A DNA stretch of 64,000 nucleotides from Paraspadella gotoi (GCA_051294375.1 CM119270.1:10436766-10500765), one strand, 5' to 3'; shown: positions 1 to 13,021, counted from the first letter of the stretch. Numbers and translations are program-made. The notes: generated by a model not told the origin, from the letters alone.

Positions 1-639
1 AGAAGAAGGTGAGAAAGAGGTAGGGGGTTTCAGTCGGTGAAATTTAAATTTGTCCATTTTTTTTCGAAAACAAAGTTGTTTTCGTCGCTGTTTCGTGCGA
101 GAAGTCGGATCTGAGCGATGGTTACGATTTTCGTTTCGGGTCATTTTTTTCAAAGAGTTTTTCAAATCCGTTTCGTGGATGATTTACCGTTTTTTTTGTG
201 TTTTACTTTGTTCCAGTCAGCTGAAGAAACATTTCAAAAGTCATTAGCAAACAGGAAATTTAAATAGACTAATATTTACTGCAGGTCAAGAAACTGCGGC
301 TTTACTAGATGACTGCGACGGCTTATTACCCTAACTACATTTGATAGTTACAGGGCGTAACAGTGTTACAACTGATGAACTCGGAAGGACAAAGTTACAA
401 TGAATTTATCACCATAACGAATCAACGCCACAACTAATAAAAACTCATGAGAAAAAACAACCCCACGAAATTCCTGCCAAAACCAATTCGCCTTCTGACG
501 TAATAACGCCACAAACGAGAGTCAGGATCATCACTTACTCTCACTTTCCGTAGCCTCACCCCGGCCATTCTTCGCCTTGGCATTGTCGTCGTCATCGTTG
601 TTGTCAAATGACGAATTAATCCTAGCTCGACCAGAAAGC

Positions 640-672
<33 letters not shown>

Positions 673-1384
673 TATTCGTCATTGTGACAACAACGATGAC
701 GACCGACAATGCCAAGGGCCGCAAGAATAGGCCGGCAGGTGAGGCTACGCAAAGTGTGACGAGTTAAAAGTGATGATCCTGACTCTCGTTTCTGTGGCCG
801 TTATTTACGTCAGCAAGGCGAATTGGTTTTGGGATCAGGAATTTGTGGGTTGGTTTTCTCCATGAGTTTTTATTAGTTGGTGTGGCGGCTTGATCCGTAT
901 ATGGGATGGATAAATTCATCTGTAACTTTGTCCTTCGACTTCATCAGTTGTGTAACACTGTTACGCCGCTGTTTTAACTATTTCCCAAAATGTAGTTAGG
1001 GGTTAAAGCCCCGTCGCAGTATCTAGTAAGGCCGCAGGTTTCTTGAGCTGCCAGTATTAATATTAGTTTAATTTTAAATTTCCTGTTGTGCTAATGAACT
1101 TTTTGAAATGTTTCTTCCACCTTGCTTCGACTCTGGCAAGCAAGTTAGTTTTAAAACACAAAAAAAACAGGGGTAAGTAAATCATTCACGAATACGGATT
1201 TGAAAAAACAACTTCTTTGAAAAAAAATGACCCCGAAACGAAAAAATCGTAACCATCGCTTCAGTTCCGGACTTCTCGCACGAAACAGCGTACGAAAACC
1301 AACTTTGTTTCGAAAACAAAAAATGGACAAATTTAAATGTTCACCGCTGAAAAACCCCCTACCTCTTTCTTCACCCCTTCTTCT
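1..1384. repeat. Large noisy inverted repeat (fold-back): arms 1-616 and 674-1384; probably a long-read chimera
   Basis: 1-60 (agaagaaggtgagaaagaggtagggggtttcagtcggtgaaatttaaatttgtcc) is the reverse complement of 1325-1384. Matching continues inward to gacgaat (610-616) / attcgtc (674-680). Differences are mostly 1-2 nt indels. Confidence 0.9.
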
Positions 1385-1933
1385 TCAACCTCTCCATCTC
1401 TTCCTCCCAGCTCACACAAACACACCACACAAACACACAAACACCCACACACGCAAAACACCAGAAAATCAATTTTCAATTCTGAGTCACGACAGTAAAT
1501 TTGTACTTGGTCTCAAAAACGACGTCGCCATCATCCGACGCGAGTCTTTTGTTTTCTGTTTCTCGGACGATTTTAATCGAATTCGGGGCGGAGGTGGGCG
1601 CGGCCTTCGCTTCTCGGGGAGAGCGAAACGGAGGTCTGCGTCACAAAAGTCCACCATGATTTTGCAATGTTCGTTTACTGTATTGGAGAATGGTCGATTT
1701 TAATTTTCTGTACTAAATCTGATTGTTATTTGCTGTTATTATTTTTTTGAATCCTCTTAAGCTCGCATCTGACCTCCCTTTTCCATGGGAAACCAAAAGT
1801 TTAATATTTTATTTTCATCATTTGCTGAAATCGTTAGTAAATTTTTTATGTTGTTGTTGTTGTCGTTTTTCGAGAGAGAGCGAGAGAGAGAGAGGAGATG
1901 AGAGAGAAAGAGAGAGAGGAGAGGAGATGAGAG

Positions 1934-1969
<36 letters not shown>

Positions 1970-3614
1970 AGGGAAAGGGGAAAGAGGGAAAGAGAAATTT
2001 GATGAAAATGGTTTAGGACGAAGTTAATTGGGACAAGGTAATTAAATAAAAAAAACTAGAACCAAAATCAGGAGTCACAGATAAAATGAAAAGGAGAGTA
2101 TTTTCTCATCGATCTCAAAGTTATTCGATCCCCGACCCCAAAAAATATCTCGCTACCAAGATTGGGGTGGAGGGAAGGGAGGAAGAGGAAAAGGGCCGGG
2201 GGAGCTAGAGACAGAGTCGGCATCAAACGCTGGGAGAAATGCGCATCTCGATCTGGGGTCATTTCAGAGGCCGAATCCAGGCCTGGGATGGGCCGACGTA
2301 CCGACAAAGGAATGGCAAGAGGGTGGAGGGGGGGAGCAATCGATAATTCGGTTGGGCTTTTGGATGAGGAGGGGCGACTGGGGTATTCGGGAGGGGGGTG
2401 TGTTTAAGGATGATTGGAGGTGGATCGAGTTGAGGACCAGGCGGCTTAGTTCGAACTTCGTTCAATTTTTAATTTATGCGTAAAAAAAAAATTGGTGAGG
2501 ATCGTTAAGATTATTTAAAATTTTCTAAACTACAGGCGGTTTAAAAAGAGGAGGGAAACTCCAAAATGAAAGAAAATGTTTTGGTTTAGAATGAGCGAGA
2601 AAATAGAAAGGAAGAGAAGAGATAAATAGAAAGAACGCAAAGAAAGAAATAATGAAATAAAAAAATGGAAAAGAAATCAAACGAAAGAAGAAACAAAATA
2701 AGAAAGAAAGAAAAGAAGAAAGAGAAAGAAAGAAAAAGAAAAGAAAGAAAATAAGAAAGAAAGAAAGAAGAAAGAAAAGAAAGAAAGAAAGAAAGAAAGA
2801 AAGAAACAAAATAAGAAAGAAAAAGAAGAGAAAGAAAAAGAAAAAAGCAATGGACAAGGAGAGAAAAATGTTCTCTGATCCGTTGAGGCATTCACGTGAT
2901 TTCGTGCCCCTTTTATCCTCGTAAACATGTCCAGCGAACGTGATTGACACAGATATTCGTGATGAGGATAAACATTCACGATGTCAGATTTTTGCCTCTC
3001 CAACTGTGCGGAGAATCTGGGAGAGTCGACAGATGATAAAGCAGTTGGAACGTACATATCGACAATATTATTTATAAAAGTGAAGTTGGCAAAATATCGT
3101 TATTATGCATGGTCATTGGTCAACCAAGCATTCGAGAAGAAAATTTTCGAGTATTTGTATGTATATTCTCATTAGGTCAAAGTTATTGCAAAGTTTTCGG
3201 TCAATATTTTTTTCCGAAGGTCGTTGAAAAGTATCGAGGCAAAGTCGAAACTTAGGGTTGAATATAAAAAGTAGACCGGTTTAAAATCTCTCTCGAGGAA
3301 AAAAAGACAAAGATTAAGATAAAACAGCAACAAATATTTAAAATATTGTTAAACGAAAAACTTATAATGAGAAAAAAATTTTTTTTTTGCTTTTATTTCT
3401 CTTTTCCTATTTTTTTTTCTCTCTTTTTTTTATCGCGATTTTGTGGTCAGAGGCTGGCGAGAACTCGCGCTCGCTAAACTGGCACAAGATGCTATTACCT
3501 TTTCTGACCTCCAACGCCAAGCGTTAGGCTGAAGTGGACGTGGGAGGGGCGGTTAACGTCTCTCTCTCTCACTCTCTCTCTCTCTCTTCTCTCTCTCTCT
3601 CCTCTCTCTTCTCT

Positions 3615-3664
<50 letters not shown>

Positions 3665-3858
3665 TTATATACGCTGATAGACGTGAGCCTGAAGACGATG
3701 AACGAACCCAATGTTCAAAAATAAACGCGACTTCGAACGAGCGAAAGTCGAGAAAAATGGTTTTGGTTTGCCTCATTTTTTTTAAGTAATAAAAAGTTTA
3801 AAAATCGAGGAGAAAAGAGGAATGGCCGCTGTCGATGAGGGAAGGAGGGAGGGAGGGG

Positions 3859-3932
<74 letters not shown>

Positions 3933-6901
3933 TGTCAGGNNNNNNNNNNNNNNNNNNNNNNNNNTGTACTTGAAAACGGGTTAATGATTCTCCAGTTAAA
4001 CTGAAAATTCGACGGAGATAAAAACAGACGACGACGAGGACGAAAACAACGACGACGACGACGGCGTAAAAAAGATGCGAATTTGTGTTTATGTCAGACT
4101 TTAAAATGTCTGTGGTCATATGGCAAAGCTGTTTAAACTGTTTAAACGTCAGTCTTTACATTTAGGAAGAAAATAATTTCCCTTTTTTATTTTTGTTGGA
4201 AATTCTTATAAATTCAATTCATAACGATATAATGGACGAATGGACACTTTAAATAATACTATTGTTAATAATGCTTTTTAATTCTCTTCGTAATTAATTT
4301 AAATTTAATCAAGTCTTAAGTTAGCAATCTCTTCTCTGACAACGTGACACAAGACAAGAGGCGTGACAGACTTCACCAATCGAATCCAGGTGAAGCTGAA
4401 TGCGACGCTCAGTGATCAGGCGACGAGAAAAATACGAAGTTAAATTAACTAAAATTTACTTCTTATAAATCATAACTACTTAAAGAACAAATAAACATGT
4501 CGGACGAGTTGAGTTGGTAACAAAACGACGCCGCTGGACGCCACGACGCCGAAAGTGGATAGACCGTAAACGAGACGTCTAACGAGTTCCGGTTTTGACG
4601 CTCGAATCGCGCCATTTATCAGATTCCGTCACTTTTTTTGAATTTAATTCGTAATTCCACTAAATCGAGACTGGGGGGAGAATTGAGCAGGACTTGAGAA
4701 ATCAAAAGAAGAAGGGAGAGGAGGAAGAGGAAGAGGAAAAAGAGACGCTTGGAATCGAACGACAAAATTCCCTCTGGCTCAGTTTGACCTTTGACTCTTC
4801 CCTCTCCCTCGCACTCCTCTTCTTCTTGCTTCTGCTTCATCTCCATCTCCCTCTCCCTCCTCTTTAAAAATCTATGTTTCCCTTCGCCTCGACTTTCATA
4901 ACCTACAACTGCCAAAGCTCAAGACGTTCTTAGCGTCACATTTTGACGGCAGCGGAGGGCGTCGTCGACGTCCGGTTACCCATTGACAGCACTGCAGTGG
5001 CACCGACCCGCCGATGCTCGCACCACGTCGCCACGCCTGCCAATCGCTATCCGACACAAAACCGTTAAATCTGACACCCACGCCCCGTCACAAAATTCCG
5101 CCACAGGACAGATGGCCCGAGCCGGCAACAGGAAGCACGAAATCAGACCGCAGCACACACAAGAACCACAACACCACCGACCCTCAGAGCATCCGCACGA
5201 GAGAGAGACGAGAGAGCACGAGAAGAGCCCAGGAGAGATGAAGAACAGCAGCCAGACCGAGATACGACCGTCGCAGTCACCATGAGCGAGAAAGTCTTTG
5301 GACCTCTATCCCAGACACCCTCCTGACGCCAGAAGCTCAACACCGTCCCGCGACCGTTGAACACGCCTGCGTATAAGGGGCCAGCGAGGCCGACTTACAA
5401 GAAAACCCGAACCATCAATCCATTATTATTACTTCCACAATCAAAGAAGTTCTCCCCGTCAGTCTGCCCTCCACTGCTCCGGCTCTGCTCTCTCTCCTCT
5501 CTCTCTCTCTCTCTACTCCTCTCTCTCCTCTCTCTACTCTCTCTCGTCTCCTCCTCTCTCTCTATCTCTCTCTCCTCTCTCATTTCCTATTTCGACGTCG
5601 CTGGCCTCTTTATCTTCGTAATAATATTTGAAAATTTACCCGCCCGACGATCCGATATGAACGCTTTTTATAAGCCGACGACGGCGACGACGTACGACGC
5701 ACGACGACTACCGACGACGACGGAAACGACGACGAAAAGGACCGACCGGCTGACGGACCCGGGGTTACTGTTTTGACCGGTCACCAGGAAGAGAGGGAGC
5801 CGAGAGAGAGCAGAATGAGACGAGGACCGAGAAGGAAGGACCGACTGGACGACGAGAGAGAGAGAGAGAGAGGAGAAAGGTGCGGGTCCGGGAGGGGAGG
5901 AGGGGAAGTGAAACAACGTCCTAAAAGATAAAACGCCGTAAACCTTTCGTGTAGGGCGATCCTGCTTTGAGGGCGCTCGGACGGGAAAAGAGGAGACCCC
6001 AACACATTTCATTCTTACTCCTTCGCTCATTTTTCTGTCCAATTCAAAAAAAATATTTTTGAGTGTTTCGCATTTTATAGTCGATTGCATTTCATACTGA
6101 TGTTAAATATTATTTTGGAAAAAAGACGTTAGAAACATGAGGTCGTATTTTGATTTCGTTGTTTTGTTGTCAAATTAAGTGGAGGGGGAAAAAGTCAATT
6201 GTGCGAATGTCGAAAAATTGTTTTCGAAGATTTATCGATTATGTTTTTTTCTTATTATTCTCAAAATAGCGAGGGATCAATAAAGAAGAAAGAGAGAAAA
6301 AAAGAGAGAAAACAGAGAGAGAGAGAGAGAGAGAGACACGAGAGAGAGAGAGAGAGAGAGAGTTTGGGCCATTTGTCTGGCTTCGCCCCGCAAAATGGCC
6401 ACCTCGTTTTGTTTCATCGTTCAATCGGAGCTACGGGCCTCGGGGGGCCAAACACAGTTTTCCTCTCTTCGACCCCTGCCTCTCTTGGTCCCTCTCTTTC
6501 TGTCTCCATCTCTATCCTCCCATTTTTTTTATTTATCTCTCAAAAACATCCCCTGCATTCTCCCTCCATTTAACCGTAATTCATCCTCTAAACATTTTCT
6601 TCTTTTTTTTCTTTCTTTTCTCTTTATTTCTCTAAATTTCTTTGTCCTTATTTCTACTTACATCTTTTTCAGTTTTTTTAATCTTTCATTTTTATTATTT
6701 GATATTTAGCATTTATTTAATTTTTCTTTCGTCTTTTAGTTGCTATTGTTGTTTTTAGTTAGCTTCTTGAATTTTTGTATTGTCAATATATTATTCTTGG
6801 TATTTCTTTAATTTTTTTTCTGGACTCGCGGTTTTCCATTGCCCAACCTTACTGCCCTGACCCTATAGAGACCCTTTCTCACATTCAGAGAGAGAAGAGG
6901 A

Positions 6902-6954
<53 letters not shown>

Positions 6955-7443
6955 TGGGAAAAAGGAGTCAGAACCTCTTAAAATAAATGGAAGTTTTGGT
7001 GCTTTTATTAACATGAACATGAACATGAGTAACGTCACACCAAATGTAACTAGTACATGTTCATTTGCTTTAAATTAAAATTTATCTAAATCATTAAACA
7101 ATTAAACTGAGGAAAGTGAAGTAGGTCGAGATCAATTGAAGTGAAGATCGGAGAATTGAAAGAGAGTGTGGACAACACCGATCGAAAATCCTCGGTGGTT
7201 TAGATACTTCGATCCCTGTGATTGACTGTGGTGCTCGGGAGAGGAGTGAAAGGGAGATGTGACTGGGGGTGAAAGGTGTTTGGTCGTTGGAGGGATAAAA
7301 GGATGAGCGGTTGAGTAGCGAAGATATACGACTGAGGGAGTTCAGGGAAGGCTGATCGGAAATAACGATTTTGTGAGAGAAAAAGGTGAATTCGATTGAT
7401 AAGTCAAATGGCAGTTTATAGAGAGACATCTAGGGCAACCTGG

Positions 7444-7510
<67 letters not shown>

Positions 7511-9144
7511 CTCCCCGCCAGGTATCTGTACAGTTTTTTTTTAATTCGAATAAAAGATCGAAAATGAAAACTCAGCTGGAAGTTATTCGGAGGTCGTTTG
7601 GGGAGGAGAACTCAACTTTTAAACATTTTTTTTCTGACAAAAAAAAACAAAAAAAATCTAAAAATTCGGAATAAAAAATATTTGAAAAGCATCAGTCAGG
7701 CGAACTGGACGAGCCCGAATTATCGTCGTAGATGTTCGGAAAAGATTTAGAGAAAAGAAAAAAAAACTGTTTGTAAGTATCGTTTTTAGATGAATATATA
7801 AAAAAAAGTTTTTTTTTTGGTCGAAGCCTCGGGATCGATCGCGGTCGGACGTCGTTGTCGTCCGACGTCATCGTCGTCGTCATCGTCGGTGGAAGCTCAA
7901 AGAAACAAACTCGTTAAAACGTCGGGAAAATTTGTATTAAAATTAGTTCGGAAAACAAAATATTTTAAAAATGGGGAGATAAAATCAAAGAGGGGGGGGA
8001 AGGTGAAAGCTCTTTTGGGACAGTTCACGATGCGTTTTTGATTGAGTTCTCACCGAAGAGGTTTTTTTGTTAGAGCGAAAAACGTTTAGAAAGGAAGTGA
8101 GATCAATGACCGTATTTTGGTCAGTGATTCGAGGTTCACGCCAGATGTCGGCTTGAGAAAAGAAAAAGGAAACCGACGCTTTTACCGACGCTTTCTTTTC
8201 TTAAAACCGCTCCCTTTCCACTCCATTCACATTAATTCACACTCAATAACGTAAATCGACGGCATCACGTCACAACCGCTGAGTTCACGACCGCCATTAA
8301 CGACGCGATCGCTTCAACCGACTGGATCGCTTTATTCAACGCGATAAACGAAAGCGATTTTGTCAGAAACGAATCAATTAGCAGTTTTCGTTCCTTCACC
8401 CCCATCGTTCATCGAGCTCTGTTCTCTCTCTCTCTCTCTCTCTCTNNNNNNNNNNNNNNNNNNNNNNNNNNNNNNNNNNNNNNNNNNNNNNNNNNNNNNN
8501 NNNNNNNNNNNNNNNNNNNNNNNNNNNNNNNNNNNNNNNNNNNNNNNNNNNNNNNNNNNNNNNNNNNNNNNNNNNNNNNNNNNNNNNNNNNNNNNNNNNN
8601 NNNNNNNNNNNNNNNNNNNNNNNNNNNNNNNNNNNNNNNNNNNNNNNNNNNNNNNNNNNNNNNNNNNNNNNNNNNNNNNNNNNNNNNCCGCGAGTCTCCA
8701 TCGAGAGCGACATCATAGCTTGAGAGGTTGGGGAGTGTTGTGGGATGGATTGATCAGTGATCAGTGATCACTCTCACGAGCGAAATGACGATAGATATCG
8801 AGAGTGACGACGTCGTTTCATCGTCACGCTTTTGTAATTTCACTTCCTTAACTTGTGAAAAAAAGTTTTTTTAAAGACATTTATTACATGATATTATGGG
8901 ATAAATAAAAGTAAAATTAGAATTTTATATTTAAAATGTAGCATATTATATATATATATAGCATATTATAGCATAGGATAGGCTTTTTGATTGTCTTTAA
9001 TTATCTATAATGTCTAAAACAAAATTTGTAATTTGTCATTTAATGCCTATTATTGGAGATCTCACCGGCCAACTAACGTTCACCCTAGGACCTTTTCTCT
9101 CTCTCCTCTACTCTCTCTCTCTTCTCTCTCTCTCCTCTCTCTCT

Positions 9145-9180
<36 letters not shown>

Positions 9181-9400
9181 TCAACAATCAAGAATCAATA
9201 TTGTTTTGGTTTTCATCGATTTCGCTGTTTATGAGGTCGTTGTTATTGTCTTCCATGCCCGGCCTGCGATAACGTCGGACCGAGATATAACATTTATCAT
9301 TTGGCTTCTTATGATCGCTCATTTTTAACTGAAAAATTTGGGAATTCCCTTTTCCAGATGGTAGGCAGTAGAAGAAACATCTGCACTTATTAGTAAATTC

Positions 9401-9438
9401 AATTACTAATTCATAAATTTATTTATGAATTAGTAATT
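9401..9438. repeat. Perfect palindrome, 18-bp arms with 2-nt loop
   Basis: aattactaattcataaat-tt-atttatgaattagtaatt. Confidence 0.9.
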
Positions 9439-9545
9439 ATTCATTCATTCATTCATTCATTCATTCATTCATTCATTCATTTATTCATTCATTCATTCAT
9501 TCATTCATTCATTCATTCATTCATTCATTCATTCATTCATTCATT
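9439..9545. repeat. (ATTC)n microsatellite
   Basis: Near-perfect tetranucleotide run. Confidence 0.95.
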
Positions 9546-9620
9546 TGACCATCCATTCATACATTGATTCATGGTAATCGTAATCAAAAGAGGGATATGG
9601 ATAGTCGAGAAACAGGAATC

Positions 9621-9726
9621 GACCAATCAGATTTGAAGAAGAGAAACTAATAGAGCAAACCTAACGCGACCCAGCGATCAATTCCAGCCAATCAGGGAAG
9701 TCGAAAAAAAATAACTGCCCAATCAG
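9621..9726 (+). promoter_or_regulatory. Cluster of three NF-Y-type CCAATCAG boxes (putative promoter)
   Basis: CCAATCAG at 9623, 9688 and 9719 (spacings 65 and 31 bp); no transcript evidence. Confidence 0.3.
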
Positions 9727-10022
9727 AGAAAATTGGAAATCGAAAGTTTTTTCTCGGCAGAAAGGTTTAATCGGAAAAACAATCGCAGTGGGCTAAGGAG
9801 CAGGATGTATGGCGAGGACGGAAATGATGACGAAGATGACGATGATAATCTCTATGACTACAAACGACTCAGAATTGTGATTAATACTAATTGTAATAAA
9901 ACGAACGAACGAGCGCGATACTATTTCACTAAAAGTATGCTTCAATGTGTAGCAAAAATTTTTGACGAATGGGGGCATGGCTAGCTATTAACTTGAAAGT
10001 TAAGAAAAAATGCACTTAGAAG

Positions 10023-10102
<80 letters not shown>

Positions 10103-10466
10103 CCCCTCTTCGAAGGATAAAAAAAGGGCCTCGAATTTTTGAAATAAACAGAGAAGACGGATTGAAGCGATGACAGAGCTGAGGGGTTGAGGGCGGGGAG
10201 GGGAGGGCGGTAAGTGGGGAAATAGAGAGAAGAGAGAGACGGAGTAACGAGGATAACGAAGGGGAAGGGCATCAGAGGTCGAGGGGTTTCGAAGTTCAGG
10301 GAAACGTCATTGAAAAAAATAATGAAAAGGGCGAACAGTATCTTTGTGTTGAGTAAACGAGAGAGAAGAGATGCAAAAAAAAATTGTTCGAATAAAAAAC
10401 TCTAAGAAATCAGAGAAATATAAACATTGTCGGATCTGCCTACGATAATTTAGCGGTAAGCAGCGA

Positions 10467-10610
10467 ACCAAATGATAAGTCATGATGGTCTGTGATCATC
10501 ACATATTACAACAGATCGTAACATAAAACCAAAAATTTACCAAATGATAAGTCATGATGGTCTGTGATCATCACATATTACAACAGATCGTAACATAAAA
10601 CCAAAAATTT
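10467..10610. repeat. Exact 2 x 72-bp tandem duplication next to a gap
   Basis: accaaatgataagtc...accaaaaattt at 10467-10538 and 10539-10610; the N gap starts at 10627. Confidence 0.9.
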
Positions 10611-11506
10611 ATGTACAGTCCTGTGCNNNNNNNNNNNNNNNNNNNNNNNNNAAAAAAAAAAAAAAAAAAAAAATCCGCCACTTTATTTCAGACTTTAAAA
10701 ATCACCCTATATTAGGACTAAGCTCTGACGAACAAAGCCCGAGGTTTTTTAATATATTCTTATACCGGCCAAGGTAGAATGATGGCAATATTGTTAATAT
10801 TAAGTTTTAAAAAAAATCCGACTATAAATATAGAAAATATTAACCAAAATCTTCAGAAAATTCACCCCTTCTTTGGAAGATTTTCGCGATAGAAGATTTT
10901 TCCCGAATCTGACTCCCGGTTGAAAACTCTTAGAATTCCGATCGTTAGCTTCTCTTTTACTTTTACTTTAAATAAAAATTTCACCAAAATGGACTAATTC
11001 ACTTTACCATGATCGTATCATATCAAAATAAACTAAAAAAAATGTAAAGAAAAATTTTGAGAGCCCTTCAAACACTTTGCCAAAGGATTCAAAAATTGGA
11101 CCTCATTTGTTGAACAGGAGATGAGAGTTGGAAAATTTTTCCATCCAGAAGCAGTCTATTTGTTCTGGCTTGTTTGATATCAATATGTTGATGATTTGAC
11201 AAGAGAAAAAAAATGCGAGCCCTTCAGATGCAACAGGATCGGAATCAAGTGTTTTTACATCGATATTTTACCAGAATTTTTACCAGGAGCGTTTATATTG
11301 TTTGGTAGTCAGATTTGAACAAAAATCTCCATTGAAAAAGTCTTCCTCGATCTCTAAGAACGACGTAGACTCCTACCTATATACTTGAATTTAAAAAGAA
11401 AATTTAAAAGTGATTTAAAGTTTATTGAAAGATAATAAGTTTGGCATAAATTTTATCAAAACTGAGCCTTCCGTTTAGGAGCAATATTTTTTTAAAATAA
11501 AGTACT

Positions 11507-11717
11507 TTTTTTTCGTTGTGTTTGTTTATGAGAAGAAGTTTTAAAATTATTTACAAATTACAACAACGATTGTTTTTTATTTCACATTAAAGCATTGAAC
11601 ATTGAAACATTTAAACTATTAACGCTGATGAAGGCTCGCAAAACAAGAGCCGAAACATGTACGTTTTAATGTGAAATAAAAAACGATCGTTGTTGTAAAT
11701 AATTTTCAAACTTTTTC
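11507..11717 (+). mobile_element. Short Penelope-like (PLE pLTR-derived) insertion with inverted tail and 12-bp TSD
   Basis: Flanking direct repeat aaataaagtact (11495-11506 and 11718-11729); ~50-bp inverted arms 11536-11591 and 11665-11713; hammerhead core between the arms. Confidence 0.7.
11621..11665 (+). ncRNA. Type-I minimal hammerhead ribozyme
   Basis: Stem I aacg (11621-24); CTGATGA (11625-31); a; stem II ggctc/gagcc (11633-37/11647-51); GAAA (11652-55); palindromic stem III acatgt; GTA cleavage triplet (11659-61); stem I' cgtt (11662-65). Confidence 0.85.
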
Positions 11718-12091
11718 AAATAAAGTACTATACCCCAAAGCTGAATGTAAAAAAATCTGATAGATTTAAGACTAATATTTTTTGCAATACTTGAAACAGA
11801 TTTAAAATTTTTAAAAATTACACTGAGCATCCAGAAAGATAGCTGGATAACTTGATTGCCCCAGATCCCTAAATAATAATTTTAAAGTCATTAAAACATA
11901 CGATGAAAAACAGGTCTATGATTCTGAAGCTTTTATACGGATTTTAAATGGGAGTGAAAAGAAATGATCAAATACTGTAACTAAATTATCTGATATAGCG
12001 ACTTCAGATTTTTAATTACAAATAATTAATAATTAATTAATACAGCTTGGATTTACATTTAATATAAAAATAAAAAAGCATAATCAAATAG

Positions 12092-12385
12092 TGAAATAGA
12101 TAGTTTGTTTTTTCCATTTTAACTCATTTCCCCTTGGACGATTCCATCGAAACTTTATTTCCTTCTCAATCACACATTTTCCTACACACATACAAAATTT
12201 GAAGTCAATCACCCTATTCACTCATGACTAATTGGCGTTGAAATAGTGAATTTTTTTTTCCATTTTAACTCATTTGCACTCAGACGATTCCAGCGAAACT
12301 CAATTTCCGGCTCAATCACACACTTTCCTACCCACACAAAATTTCATTCCAATCCATCCATCAAATCACGAATAATTGGTGTTTT
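12092..12385. repeat. Two diverged ~147-bp tandem units (central repeats of the HINE)
   Basis: tgaaatag...ttccattttaactcattt...gacgattcca..gaaact...ctcaatcacaca..ttccta...aaaattt...taattgg starts at both 12092 and 12239. Confidence 0.85.
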
Positions 12386-12426
12386 TTGCTAAGGTGGGAC
12401 GGACGGACAGACACAGACAGACAGAA

Positions 12427-12458
<32 letters not shown>

Positions 12459-13021
12459 GGACGGACATCTTTTTTTTTGCATAATTTATCATAATTGAAA
12501 TGTTCTGACATGATATAAGTGAATGCCCGACAAGATTGGGGGGGCGGACCGACGGACCGACAAAAAGAAGTATAGAGCCGGAATCTGCTGTAAGCAGATC
12601 CGGCTAAAAACTTCAAGTAAATGTGTAGAGAAGTTTCCGTCTCTCTACGCCGCTCCAACGCTCGGCCAAATACCGCAACCGACAAGTCATCCACTGACTC
12701 TATACTGTTAATAAATCCCGACGAAAAATGTAGAAGAAATCGAAGAGAAATCAAAATGTAATGTAAAAGAAATCCATCAATAATTCAATCAATAAATCCA
12801 GTATAGCCGGTGAAAATGCCAGTGTAAATGCCGTAGGAAAATGGTTAAAATATTGAGGGAAAATCGTCCAAGCGAGCGGAATCTATCTACTAAACTCGCG
12901 ATCCAAAGTCTGACTGAGGTTGAGCGGGAGAGAAGAGGAGAGAGCGAGAGAAATATCTCTGTATCTCTCGGTCCACAAACTATCTGTGGCCACTGGTTCT
13001 ACTTCAAAATGTGACTTTAGT

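Larger units (their letters stand above)
10429..12610 (-). mobile_element. DINE-1-like non-autonomous Helentron (HINE), possibly full length; spans an N gap
   Basis: On the minus strand, in order: T-run; 5' subTIR/hairpin gccggatctgc-ttaca-gcagattccggc (12576-12605); conserved core; (GTCY)n microsatellite (12398-12466); two ~147-bp tandem units (12092-12385); inverse subTIR gcagatccgac at 10429-10439. The 5' ~350 bp is homologous to 41345-41705. Confidence 0.65.

Noticed and set aside
360-400. CTGATGA...GAC-AAA hammerhead-like motif (mirror copy at ~920-950)
   Set aside because: It lacks the G of GAAA in both arms and has no UH triplet with compatible stems I and III.
4983-5400. 100-aa ORF and GC-rich segment
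   Set aside because: No recognisable domain; the A/C-rich composition resembles low-quality read sequence.
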